Positions 37,707-47,418 of a stretch of 64,000 nucleotides of DNA are shown here, one piece after another. The notes beneath the pieces are model-generated. The model made no database searches. It was not told the origin of the DNA and saw only the letters and a program-made list of their open reading frames with translations. Positions within the stretch are counted from its first letter, which is position 1. Every line of letters starts with the position of its first letter. A program made the translations under genes and the position numbers. The DNA is from an uncultured Verrucomicrobiae bacterium (GTDB lineage Bacteria > Chlamydiota > Chlamydiia > Chlamydiales > Rhabdochlamydiaceae): the NCBI GenBank assembly GCA_963806855.1, contig CAWDYW010000003.1:704001-768000 (forward strand). Direction: 5' to 3'.

Positions 37707-37779
37707 TATCCTGCTCAAAATGAAGAAAACGCCAATATGAGCAGGATGAATTGACTTAAATATCCTGCTCATCTAGAAT
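37707..37779 (+). promoter_or_regulatory. Promoter overlapped by three ATCCTGCTCA boxes
   Basis: Boxes at 37708, 37738 (inverted) and 37762; TTGACT(37751)-17-TAGAAT(37774). Confidence 0.75.
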
Positions 37780-37786
37780 AAGGAAC

Positions 37787-39211
37787 ATGAAACCATTTGT
37801 TGGAAGAGAATCAGAATTACAAAGGCTTGACGATTTAGCCAAAGCGGGCAGGGCATGTTTAGTCGTAATTAAAGGACGAAGAAGGATCGGTAAAAGCCGG
37901 CTTGCTGAAGAATTTGGAAGACATAAAACATTTCTTTCTTTCAGCGGGTTAGCTCCAGTTAAGGGGGTGACAGCTCAAGATCAGAGAGATGCGTTTGCTC
38001 GTCAATTAGCGACCCTATTTCAACTACCTGCTTTTACTTTTAGTGACTGGAGTGACGGGTTTGCTTACCTCTCTAAATATCTATCAAAAAAGGCTACGAT
38101 CATTCTCTTTGACGAAATTTCATGGATGGGTTCGAAAGATCCAACTTTTACTTCCAAATTGCAAGTCTGGTGGGATCTGATGTTGCAAAAGCATTCCAAC
38201 GTTATCCTGCTTTTATGTGGATCGATTTCAACATGGATCGATAAGAATATTATCAATAGTACGGCTTTTTTTGGTCGCATTTCTCTTTATATCGAACTCA
38301 AAGAATTAACTATTCCTCAATGTAGAGAGCTTTTGAAACTCCAAGGATTTAAAGGATCTGATCTGGATGTTTTCAAAGTTCTCTGTGTCACTGGAGGAAT
38401 TCCCTGGTATCTAGAGCAAATTCAGGCTCATCTAAGTGCCGATGAGAATATTAAGCGTCTCTGCTTTGAGAAAAATGGTCTTTTGGTCCATGAATTTGAT
38501 CGGATCTTTAATGACCTCTTTAGCTCTAGAGGAGAAATCTATAAGAAGATTATCAAAATTTTAAGCGAGGGGATGAGAGATCGAGTTTCGCTTAAAAAGG
38601 CCCTCGGATATTCCTCAAGTGGGACCTTGAGTACTTATATGCAGGCTCTCGAAGTTTGCGGATTTGTCTCAAAGCATCCTGATTGGACAATAAAAACAGG
38701 TAAAATTGGAAAATCGATTCTCTATCGGCTTGCTGACAACTATCTACGTTTTTATATCCATTACATTGAGCCCAATCTCACAAAAATCGAACAAGAAGCC
38801 TTTATGGGGGTGCCTCTATCGAGTTTACCCGGATGGGAGCCAATGCTGGGATTCCAACTTGAAAATCTTCTACTGAAAAACAGGCCGCTTATTTATCAAG
38901 CGCTGGGTATTCATGCTCAAGATATCGTCATCGATAATCCTTATTTCCAAAAAGGATCAGGTCAAAAGAAAGGATGTCAAATCGATTATCTGGTCCAAAT
39001 GCAATCGAACACTTTATTTGTCTGCGAGGTCAAAATGCGTCGCCGCGAACTCGGCTTAGAGGTGATCGATGGGATGAAGACCAAAATTGGAGCGCTTACT
39101 CTGCCGAAGGGGATTGGGGTTTCTCCCGTCCTATTTCATCTTGGGCCCATCTCCGATGCTCTTATGAGCAGTCGCTATTTTTATCGGATCATTGATATCG
39201 CAGATTTATAG
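37787..39211 (+). CDS. AAA-family ATPase (archaeal ATPase/DUF234-like, wHTH and PD-(D/E)XK C-terminus)
   Basis: FVGRESEL, GRRRIGKS, LFDEISW, CGS, TGGIPWYL, QID..CEVK. Confidence 0.88.
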   Translation: MKPFVGRESELQRLDDLAKAGRACLVVIKGRRRIGKSRLAEEFGRHKTFLSFSGLAPVKGVTAQDQRDAFARQLATLFQLPAFTFSDWSDGFAYLSKYLSKKATIILFDEISWMGSKDPTFTSKLQVWWDLMLQKHSNVILLLCGSISTWIDKNIINSTAFFGRISLYIELKELTIPQCRELLKLQGFKGSDLDVFKVLCVTGGIPWYLEQIQAHLSADENIKRLCFEKNGLLVHEFDRIFNDLFSSRGEIYKKIIKILSEGMRDRVSLKKALGYSSSGTLSTYMQALEVCGFVSKHPDWTIKTGKIGKSILYRLADNYLRFYIHYIEPNLTKIEQEAFMGVPLSSLPGWEPMLGFQLENLLLKNRPLIYQALGIHAQDIVIDNPYFQKGSGQKKGCQIDYLVQMQSNTLFVCEVKMRRRELGLEVIDGMKTKIGALTLPKGIGVSPVLFHLGPISDALMSSRYFYRIIDIADL

Positions 39212-39216
39212 CAAAA

Positions 39217-40674
39217 TTAATTGCAGATATATTCCAAAAGAATGCTGATCATAGTTTGAGACCCTTGGGCTAGGTCCAATGGGGTCTGATGGGTATGGGT
39301 CAGGACATTTGGGTCGGCATTGTTTTCCAAAAGCGTCGCTACTGTGTTGATTTGACCTTGAGCGACGGCTAAGTGGAGGGCGGTATAACCATTCTGAATG
39401 ATCCTTTGATTTGTATCTGCTCCATGCTCTAAAAGAAGCTTCGCCATTTTTGGACGATTGAAGCTGATAATCAAAGGGGATGCTCCAGTGCGATCAGCGA
39501 TGTTTGGATTAGCATTATATTTTAGAAGCAGTTCTCCGCTCTGTTCTTCTCCTTTCTTCAATGCGAGGCAGAGGGGTGTTTCACCTTTTTCATTTTGAAT
39601 ATTTGGGTTTGCCCCATTTTTCAATAAGACCTCGGCAGTTTCGAGTTGTCCATTTTGCGCAGCAAAGTGCAAAGCAGTATTGCCATCTGGATTTGTTTGA
39701 TAATCGATCTCTGCACCATGATCCAAAAGGAGCTGGGTAATTTCTGAGTCGCTGGTGTTAAGACATAGGGGAGAAAATCCGGAGAAATCAAGGATGTTGG
39801 GATCGGCCTTAAGCTTGAGAAGCAGTGCTACAACATTTTTTTGTCCCTCTCGAACACCCAGATGAAGAATTGTTTCACCTTGATTATTTTGAAGATTTGG
39901 ATTGACGCCTTTGATTGGCAAATTTTTTACGCAGCAAATAAGAAATGTTCGCAAATTTTGAAATGAGTTTGAATAAATGCCTTTATTTTGTTTGGCAGGG
40001 CAATGGATAAATATCTGGAGGAAATCGTCAAGAGTTAAAACTTTAAGATTTTGCAATGTCTTTTCGGGGTTGATTAACAGAATTTTTTTGGAAATATATT
40101 TTTCTGGAAGTAGTCCCGTATTAGAGAACTCTTCAACTTCTTCAAGTATCTCTCTTAAATAGGTGGTTGCTTCAACAAAGTTATCCCCTTGATATCCAAA
40201 TGCGCGAGCTCGACCCAATAGAGCTCTATCTGAATGAACTTTTCCATGTGGATTGAGCAGTGCTACTTTAGGTAAATCGGACCATGGGAGATGGGATGCA
40301 ATTTCTTGCATAAGCTCGTTTGGTAGAAGTTCCAGGTGAGGGAGGAGATTTTCAATTCTAGTCTGCGCTGAACACACTTTTTCTTCTTGACCGAACATCA
40401 TTTTTGCAAAACAGTTTAGCTTGGCAGCCTTAGACAAATATCCTTCGGTAATCTCTGCTGATTTTGCATTCAAAAAACTTAAGAGTTCGCAATTGGATAA
40501 TGTTGAGTATTCATCTTTATAATCAGGGTCATATTTCAAGCCACGCGCGATGACCTCTTCTATCTTATTTAAGACGGAGATAGCCGATCCGGTTGGCTTT
40601 TTATCTGTTTCGACGATATGGAACACATCTTGTTCAATAATAACATCGAAAAACTTTTTTGTTGATTCAATCAT
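39217..40674 (-). CDS. F-box plus ankyrin-repeat protein
   Basis: LELLPNELMQEIASHLPWSDL (F-box-like); about six GxT(A/P)LH-type ankyrin repeats. Confidence 0.88.
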   Translation of the reverse strand: MIESTKKFFDVIIEQDVFHIVETDKKPTGSAISVLNKIEEVIARGLKYDPDYKDEYSTLSNCELLSFLNAKSAEITEGYLSKAAKLNCFAKMMFGQEEKVCSAQTRIENLLPHLELLPNELMQEIASHLPWSDLPKVALLNPHGKVHSDRALLGRARAFGYQGDNFVEATTYLREILEEVEEFSNTGLLPEKYISKKILLINPEKTLQNLKVLTLDDFLQIFIHCPAKQNKGIYSNSFQNLRTFLICCVKNLPIKGVNPNLQNNQGETILHLGVREGQKNVVALLLKLKADPNILDFSGFSPLCLNTSDSEITQLLLDHGAEIDYQTNPDGNTALHFAAQNGQLETAEVLLKNGANPNIQNEKGETPLCLALKKGEEQSGELLLKYNANPNIADRTGASPLIISFNRPKMAKLLLEHGADTNQRIIQNGYTALHLAVAQGQINTVATLLENNADPNVLTHTHQTPLDLAQGSQTMISILLEYICN

Positions 40675-40689
40675 ATTATCCTTACATTA

Positions 40690-40718
40690 ATTATATATTA
40701 ATTAATTAAAAATGTCAA
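40690..40718 (-). promoter_or_regulatory. Consensus promoter for the F-box/ankyrin gene
   Basis: TTGACA-17-TATAAT on the minus strand. Confidence 0.8.
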
Positions 40719-40787
40719 TTAATATTATTATAATGTAAGTCGCTTGTAATAAACGTATTGCACATATAAGCGTTAGTAATACAAGCG

Positions 40788-40816
40788 TTGACATTTAATT
40801 AACTTATAGTTATAAT
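40788..40816 (+). promoter_or_regulatory. Consensus promoter, divergent
   Basis: TTGACA-17-TATAAT. Confidence 0.8.
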
Positions 40817-40839
40817 TTGAGTATGTAGTTTAATAAAGG

Positions 40840-41538
40840 ATGTGTGAAATGATTGCTCTAAATAACGGTATTTCAGGAGATTTTGCCATAAAAGTGGCTC
40901 CAGATGAAGTGGTGGCTTTAGACGGAGGCGCTGATGAGGACGACCAAAAACTGCTCCCATCCGATACACCAAGTGTGACTTGGGGGGATTTTTACTTATT
41001 CAGCAAATGGGAACGGACAGGTATATATATAAAACCCTTTGAGGATTGCAAAGACGAAGTTGAATTAATACGAGATAAAACTACTGGTAAAACATATTTG
41101 TATGCTAGGGCAACCAATGAAGATGACCCAGACACTGAAGATGATTTTCTGATCGAAACTCGAATTAAGTGCCTTGCTTTAACTTTCTTTACTCCAGTAG
41201 TGCAGCCTCTGGCATCTAGTTTTAATGTGGTCAAAAGAGTTCTAAGATTAGTCTCAGGTTACAATTTCTGGCCCGAAGAATTTACAGAAAAACCATATGA
41301 TTTTAAAGCGAACCTCTTTAATGCAGGTAAAGACGTAGTCAGAATCATCGGTACTCCATTTGCCCTAATCGGTTTAGAAGCTGCGGCGATTTACGGGATA
41401 ATTAGTCCACTTAATGGAAGAAAGCTCTATGCGGCTATCGAACGAGCGATGTACGATGAGTGGAGATTAGCTCCATGTTTTCAACCTGATATAAAGCCCC
41501 ATTCACTCAAAACCTATGACGAGAAGAAGGCTTTCTAA
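40840..41538 (+). CDS. Hypothetical protein
   Basis: 232-aa ORF behind a consensus promoter; acidic N-terminus; C-terminal GRKLYAAIERA..LAPCFQP. Confidence 0.8.
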   Translation: MCEMIALNNGISGDFAIKVAPDEVVALDGGADEDDQKLLPSDTPSVTWGDFYLFSKWERTGIYIKPFEDCKDEVELIRDKTTGKTYLYARATNEDDPDTEDDFLIETRIKCLALTFFTPVVQPLASSFNVVKRVLRLVSGYNFWPEEFTEKPYDFKANLFNAGKDVVRIIGTPFALIGLEAAAIYGIISPLNGRKLYAAIERAMYDEWRLAPCFQPDIKPHSLKTYDEKKAF

Positions 41539-41708
41539 GAGCCATTCCCGGTGTGAATTCCTCGAGGAGGTTCGGGATATTTTCTAGCGAGTTTACCCCA
41601 TTTTTCGAAGTTCAATATCTCACTGAGCTATATGGACTTCGAAAAATGGTGGTAAAATCGCAGAAAAGATTCCCGAAGATCGTCGAGGAGGCACATCGGG
41701 AATGGCTC
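41539..41708. mobile_element. 170-bp fold-back MITE with a CTAA target-site duplication
   Basis: GAGCCATTCCCGGTGTG / CACATCGGGAATGGCTC ends, near end-to-end dyad; CTAA at 41535-41538 and 41709-41712. Confidence 0.85.
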
Positions 41709-41797
41709 CTAATAGATTTGATTGCATTAAATTATTATAATTTGTTATAATAGGTTTATCTGCACCAGAAGGGTGCTTATTTAAATTGAGGTATATT

Positions 41798-41911
41798 ATG
41801 TATTACGAAAAATGGAGTCGGCCAGACCGATCTCAACAAGTTTCACAACCAAGTCAACAATCCCTCCTTCCTTCTTTTACCCTAATGGGTATGTTTAGCC
41901 TGCTGGGCTAA
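41798..41911 (+). CDS. 37-aa small protein (below the ORF-track cutoff)
   Basis: MYYEKWSRPDRSQQVSQPSQQSLLPSFTLMGMFSLLG*; GAGGT RBS; TTGCAT-18-TATAAT (41722-41751) with extended -10. Confidence 0.5.
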   Translation: MYYEKWSRPDRSQQVSQPSQQSLLPSFTLMGMFSLLG

Positions 41912-42146
41912 TAATCTTTAATTCTCACTACAGCTACTTATTAAATTTTTTGGACGTTAAAAACTAATTTTTTAGTTTTTCTAATCTGAAAAAATGGCCT
42001 TCTGAGCCTCTCGAGGACTTTTCGTCTTCAGATTAGGTGTGCAAGTCCTTTATATTCAGATAGTTATGTCCATAAAAGCTAAAAATGTCCGCAGATCTTT
42101 TTGACTCTGCGATGTAAGAAATATTTTTAAAAATTATGGAGTTTAT

Positions 42147-43259
42147 ATGATTAAAACCACTCATGATACCGAACCAATTTCGATTAAGGATTTGGTTCCC
42201 AATGCAGAAAACTATGCAAAGAAAATCGATAAAAAAACGCTTCAGACGGTGCTTAAAAACCATCTTGGAGTGATCGGATTGAGTCTCGCTGCGATCAGGG
42301 CGTTTGTCCAAGGAGATATGCCCGATCCGTTGGTAGGGGAAAATGCGTGCCAAATTCGCGCGGCCTACTATTGCGCTCAGGCGGCCGACCCGAAGAAGAT
42401 GCAGGCTCTCTCTGAGATCTGTCCAAAATTGGAAGATCTTATGGAGAGAATTTCCAAGGTGAAATTGCCTGATAAGGGTGAGACCTGGGATGAGGTCTTG
42501 AAGCAGAACGATTTGGATCTCAAGATTCCGCCGATCGTTGCGCCGATTCTCTATGGCCATATTTTGACAATCTCTAAAAACTCTGAGCTTACGATTGAGA
42601 AGAAGCAGCTCGCGCTTAAAGAGGAGTGCGATCCAAAGAAATTGACAGAGGTCTCGAATGGCAGTGCTCGCGAATTGATCAAGCATGCCAGGAGGTCTTT
42701 GTCGGCTTGGTCGGTTCAGTATCTTCGCGATGAAGCGGCACATTTGGGGCTTGAAGGGCCACAGAATGTCTTGACCGACAATATGGGTCTTCAGACTGCT
42801 CCAGCGACGCCTGGAATGAAGGTTCTTCTCGCTGGGATGAAGGCAAACGGCCTCATGATCGTCCTTAAAAATCGGATTAGAGATGAAGAGGGGAGCGAGA
42901 GGGGGCAGGTGACTCTTCATTATAGCCCGGTGGGGAGAGAGCGGAGTTACCAGGTCATCAAGCCTAGTCAAGAAGATATAGGCCGTCCGGCGATGATCAT
43001 TGAGGCGGTATCGATCTCAACCCGCACTCCAGAGCAATTGGAGTCGGAAATGATTGCGGAGGGGTTCGAGCCGATGCTCTGGGCCAACTTCGCTGCTCAC
43101 CCGCAGTATGGGGGTGGATGCAAGTTGATCGAGCCTGACCCTTACGAGGAGCGGGAGAGGTGGCATGAATACGCCAGGCAGAAGGGGCTTTGCGCTGCGA
43201 ATCCCGATCTTTGCCGGATGTACCACATCTTCGCCGGTCGAGTGGGAGGTGCCATATGA
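42147..43259 (+). CDS. Hypothetical protein heading the DUF917/hydantoinase operon
   Basis: GGAG RBS; ATGA overlap with the next gene; GENACQIRA motif. Confidence 0.8.
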   Translation: MIKTTHDTEPISIKDLVPNAENYAKKIDKKTLQTVLKNHLGVIGLSLAAIRAFVQGDMPDPLVGENACQIRAAYYCAQAADPKKMQALSEICPKLEDLMERISKVKLPDKGETWDEVLKQNDLDLKIPPIVAPILYGHILTISKNSELTIEKKQLALKEECDPKKLTEVSNGSARELIKHARRSLSAWSVQYLRDEAAHLGLEGPQNVLTDNMGLQTAPATPGMKVLLAGMKANGLMIVLKNRIRDEEGSERGQVTLHYSPVGRERSYQVIKPSQEDIGRPAMIIEAVSISTRTPEQLESEMIAEGFEPMLWANFAAHPQYGGGCKLIEPDPYEERERWHEYARQKGLCAANPDLCRMYHIFAGRVGGAI

Positions 43260-44305
43260 AATCGATTGAGAAAGAAGATTTGGAGGCATTGGCACTCGGC
43301 TGCGCCGCTTTAGGTTCGGGCGGCGGGGGCAATCCCGCTTATGATCGGCTGATTGCTGAGCATGCGATCGAAACGTATGGTCCGGTGCGGATCATCACGC
43401 TCGAGGAGCTTTCCGATGAGGCATTGGTTGTGCCGATGGCCTTTGTGGGGGCTCCGCTCATTGCGATGGAGAAGCTCTCGAGTGGAAGGGAGTTTGACGC
43501 GATCATCCGCCATTTGAACCGAAAAGAGTTGGTCTTGATGCCCGCTGAAATCGGGGGAGCCAATGGTCTTTGCGCTTTGGCGGTCGCAGCAAAATGGGGG
43601 CTTCCCGTTTTGGATGCCGACTCGCTTGGGAGGGCCTATCCGCAGTTGCAGATGACCTCGTGCAATCTCTTTGGGGTCTCTCCCTCGCCCGCCTACTTTG
43701 CCGATAGTTTGGGCAATTTGGTGGTGATCGAGGCAGAAAACTCCTATGCGCTCGAGCGGATTGGGCGGCATGTTTCGATGAGCATGGGCTCAAGCTGCGC
43801 CGTTGCCCTCTATTTGATGAGCGGCAAAGAGGCCCGCGCGGCGGTGCTTCCCGGCGCCCTTTCCGATGCACTTGCAATTGGTCAGGGGATTTTGCAGGCG
43901 CGCCTAGAGGGCCGCGATCCGACGATCGACCTTGGGGTACGCTTGATTCAAGGGGTGATCACCGAGGTCAAGCAAGCGGTCAAGGATGGATTCTTACAGG
44001 GATCAGTCAAGATCAGCGGCGAGCAAAAAGTGGTCGAGGTGCTCTACCAAAACGAATTCTTGCTTGCCAAAGAAGGGGAGGTGGTACTGGCCACCACACC
44101 CGATATTTTGACGATTGTCGAGGTTGAAAGCGGCACGCCGATCACCAGCGATGGGCTCCGCTATGGGTTAAGAGTTGCTCTTGTCGCTTTGCCGGCGCCA
44201 CCAATCTGGCAGACAGAGGAGGGGCTCGCCTTAGTTGGCCCTCGGTATTTTGGATATGATGTAAACTATAAGGAGATTCAACATGAAGTACACAATAGGA
44301 ATTGA
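43256..44305 (+). CDS. DUF917-family protein
   Basis: GCAALGSGGGG, VGAP, EIGGANG, DADSLGRAYP, QNE, PDIL, LRYG, GPRYFG. Confidence 0.88.
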   Translation: MKSIEKEDLEALALGCAALGSGGGGNPAYDRLIAEHAIETYGPVRIITLEELSDEALVVPMAFVGAPLIAMEKLSSGREFDAIIRHLNRKELVLMPAEIGGANGLCALAVAAKWGLPVLDADSLGRAYPQLQMTSCNLFGVSPSPAYFADSLGNLVVIEAENSYALERIGRHVSMSMGSSCAVALYLMSGKEARAAVLPGALSDALAIGQGILQARLEGRDPTIDLGVRLIQGVITEVKQAVKDGFLQGSVKISGEQKVVEVLYQNEFLLAKEGEVVLATTPDILTIVEVESGTPITSDGLRYGLRVALVALPAPPIWQTEEGLALVGPRYFGYDVNYKEIQHEVHNRN

Positions 44306-45798
44306 CATTGGCGGCACCAATACCGATGCCGTTTTGATCGATGAAAAGAAGCAGATCGTCGCGCTTGCCAAGGTGAGCACCACCGAAGACATTGCGGTGG
44401 GCTTTGAGCAGGTGGTGCGTAAGCTTCTTGCCCAAAAAATGGGGGTCGAAATCGAGGCGGTTATCGTCGGGACGACCCACGCGACCAATGCGATTTTGCA
44501 GCAGAAGGAGCTCTACCGAGTCGGCGTGATCCGGATCGCAGGACAGCGTCCCGAGTCGCCACCCCCATGCTACGGATGGCCAAAAGAGCTCTCCGAAGCT
44601 ATCCTTAAGCGGCTATGCGACCGTCGACGGGGGATTCGAGTGCCATGGCGGTCCGATCCGCAAGCTCGATGAAAAACAGCTTCGAGAGTGTGCTCAAGAA
44701 CTGATTCGGTGTGGGGCGCAGAGCTTGGCGATCATCGGGGTCTTTTCTCCGATGAATGCCGAGCATGAGCTTGTAGCGGCTCAGATCATCAAAGAGATGG
44801 GCCCGATCCCGATCACCCTCTCCCATCAAATCGGTGGAGTGGGCTATTTGGAGCGGGAAAACAGCTCGATCCTCAATTCGGCCTTAAAAAAGGTGATGGA
44901 GACCGGCTTTGCCAAGCTTGAGCAAATTTGCCTTCGGCTCCAATTGGATTGTCCCTTGCTCATCACCCAAAATAATGGGAGCAGAATCAGCTTAAGCGAG
45001 GCGATCGAGCATCCGATTTTGACGATTTCAGCCGGCCCGACCAATTCGTTCGTCGGGGCGAGCAAATTGTCAGGGCTCGCAGATGCGATCATCGTCGACA
45101 TCGGAGGCACATCGACCGATATCGGCTTGATCAAAGGGGGCTCGTTCCGCAGGAGCTTGAATGTCTCAACGATCGGTGGGGTCAAATTGAACTTCCCGAT
45201 GCCCGATGTGGTCTCTTTGGCGATCGGCGGCGGGAGTTTGATTCAGCCCGCGCCCCTCAAGGTGGGCCCCAGAAGCGTCGGCAGGGAAATCACGACCCGC
45301 GCCCAATGCTTCGGTGGCTCTGAGTTGACCTTGACCGATCTTGCTGTCGCAGCCGGTCATTTGCAGATCGCAAATGCACAAGAAGTGGCGATTGCACAGC
45401 ACGATGCAATCGAGATCTTGCGCCAGGTGATTGGGACCATCGAGGAGCACATCGCTCTTCTCGATGGGGCCGATCTGCCGGTCATCTTGGTTGGCGGAGG
45501 GGCTGCCGTGTTTCCTCCGGCTCTTTTGAGTGATCGATACCGAGTGCCAGAGAATGCTCCAGTGGCTAATGCTCTTGGAGCGGCCCTTTCGAGGATCTCC
45601 GGCGCGGTCGACACGATCGTCAGCCTCACAGATCAGGAGAAGGCGTTGAGCGAACTCCGAAAGCAAGCGATTGAGGCGGCGATCGCAAAAGGAGCGGCTC
45701 CCGATACCATCGTCCTCTCCGATGTGCAGATCATCCCGTACCACTATGTCCCAAACAACATAGCGCGGGTGATCGTCACAGCACACGGCACACGATAA
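44283..45798 (+). CDS. Hydantoinase A/oxoprolinase-family protein (one frameshift near 44608)
   Basis: GIDIGGTNTD, GTTHATNA, SAGPTNS, DIGGTSTDIG, ANALGAA; removing one A restores ILSGYATVDGGFECHG. Confidence 0.88.
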
Positions 45799-45804
45799 CC
45801 ACAT

Positions 45805-45837
45805 GGCCCTGTTCCGTTGGGATGGGGCCTATTTTTT
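45805..45837 (+). terminator. Intrinsic terminator
   Basis: GGCCCTGTTCC / GGGATGGGGCC stem followed by TATTTTTT. Confidence 0.65.
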
Positions 45838-46023
45838 CTTGGCTTTTTTCTTTTTGGTTGGTTCTATTTTGACTAGTTCGTAACGATAGGGGGGCTTGAT
45901 TTTGACTAGTTTGTCATCTTGAGTATAAATAAGAGAAGTGCCCGTCCTAACTGCTATTTCAAATGCTCTTTGGAAACTCCTCTCATGGGCTTTCAGTAGG
46001 GTTTCCATAAAATCATCTTTCAT
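45829..46023 (-). CDS. Small basic hypothetical protein overlapping the zeta-like gene
   Basis: 64 aa; SLIYTQDDKLVKI; overlaps the upstream gene's end. Confidence 0.6.
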   Translation of the reverse strand: MKDDFMETLLKAHERSFQRAFEIAVRTGTSLIYTQDDKLVKIKPPYRYELVKIEPTKKKKAKKK

Positions 46024-46602
46024 TAGCCGCCTTCCTTATTTTTTCCCAGACATCTGGATTTATAACATCTATTACATTGCTGATCCATTTTCTGGCGATC
46101 ATTCTATTTTTAGATTCCTCGATAGAATTATTCATTATCAATGCCATATCCGCAATCGGCAAGTAATATTCCAAAAGGTTTGCTTGGCTCTGAATAATAA
46201 CGTCTGATTATACTATCTTTTGGAATGTTATGCCCACCTTGTTTCACTTTTTCCGCTACTCTATTTACAGCATGTTCTGGAGAGCTAAGCCACAAAAAAA
46301 CTAGAATAACATCATAGCCTTTTGATTTGGCATCTCTTAAGTGATTTAAATAGTTCTTGCCTGCAAGCGTGGATTCTAAAAGCGAAACTCTGGTTTTGTT
46401 CGAGCATATCTTTCAGACGCTTAATCATTAATTTGCTTGCCGTCAGTGCCATGCTCTCGGGATGTCTTGGTGCGAGTCCCCTGGCTATTTCATCAGCATT
46501 AATAAATTCATATAAGTCAGTGCTATTTTCAAACAACTCGTTTGCTAAGGTTGTTTTGCCAGCGCCATTTGGTCCGGCTATGATGAGAACTTTTTTCGAC
46601 AT
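46013..46602 (-). pseudogene. Zeta-toxin/AAA-like P-loop protein with two frameshifts
   Basis: IAGPNGAGKT, INADEIA, FAF/ESTL, RV...V..GGHNIP; extra bases near 46377 and 46190. Confidence 0.82.
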
Positions 46603-46611
46603 AGATTAATC

Positions 46612-47418
46612 TTAAGAGCTTTTGCCCTTCTTCGCAAGGGAGTCCCAGATCAAATGATGGGGGCTATTGTGGCCTTTCTCTTTGCCGATGAGGAATTGGG
46701 TGGAGCCCTTCGCATTGACTTTCTTGAGCTGCTCGTAGTAGAGCTGGTCGTCCCGATTGGAGAGCATCTCGTCGGGGTTGTTGAAATAGAGGGTGACATT
46801 GAGCGCGAGGCCCTGCAAGTACTTGAGGGCGTCGATCGGCTCCATGTCGTTGGCCTTATACCGCTTCTCTACAATCTCTAAATCTTTGGAGGGGCCGCGG
46901 AGAGCGATGATCTCAGGGATAGATTTGAGTGGACAATCGAGAATGATATGGCCTTTTTGGATTGCGGCGAGCATTTTTACTTTTCCCTCTTGATCGATCC
47001 CAATCTTCTTGAGATGGTCGTCAAAGCGGTTGGTGTTGAGCGCGGCGAGGGTGTTGATGAGCGCTCCGCCACCTGCTGAAAACCCATAGAGATCGATCTC
47101 TTGATCCCCGTCGACTAGCACTTTTTGTTTGATGACGTAGAGGAGGGGGAGGAGTTCGTCGATGGTGCCAAAGGTGGTTTTGTCGAAAGCGATCGCTCTT
47201 TTGTGAAGGTCGTGGTCGGGAAAATTGAAGGTGATGATGGTTTTATCGGTTTTGACCGTTTGGCTAATTTGATGATTGCCATTCATGCCGTGCGCTGTGA
47301 TGATCACTTCGTCGCGCTTTCCAGGGATAGAGGTGAGATTGAGATCGTGCTTAAAAGGATGGTTGGCAAAGAGGGTGGTGAAAAGAAGGGTGAGAAGAAT
47401 GAGTGATCTTTTAATCAT
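46612..47418 (-). CDS. Secreted alpha/beta-hydrolase-like protein
   Basis: Signal peptide; HG, GFSAGG nucleophile elbow, C-terminal D and GH. Confidence 0.7.
   Translation of the reverse strand: MIKRSLILLTLLFTTLFANHPFKHDLNLTSIPGKRDEVIITAHGMNGNHQISQTVKTDKTIITFNFPDHDLHKRAIAFDKTTFGTIDELLPLLYVIKQKVLVDGDQEIDLYGFSAGGGALINTLAALNTNRFDDHLKKIGIDQEGKVKMLAAIQKGHIILDCPLKSIPEIIALRGPSKDLEIVEKRYKANDMEPIDALKYLQGLALNVTLYFNNPDEMLSNRDDQLYYEQLKKVNAKGSTQFLIGKEKGHNSPHHLIWDSLAKKGKSS

Noticed and set aside
41981..42111. Riboswitch upstream of the DUF917 operon
   Set aside because: Hairpins exist (CTAATCTGAA/TTCAGATTAG; CGCAGA/TCTGCG) but I recognise no aptamer consensus; an Rfam scan is needed.
42033..42971. 312-aa minus-strand ORF
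   Set aside because: Antisense shadow of 42147-43259, which has an RBS and operon coupling.
44600..44620. Programmed ribosomal frameshift in the hydantoinase (and the other split genes)
   Set aside because: No clear slippery heptamer with a stimulator, and these families are normally single ORFs.
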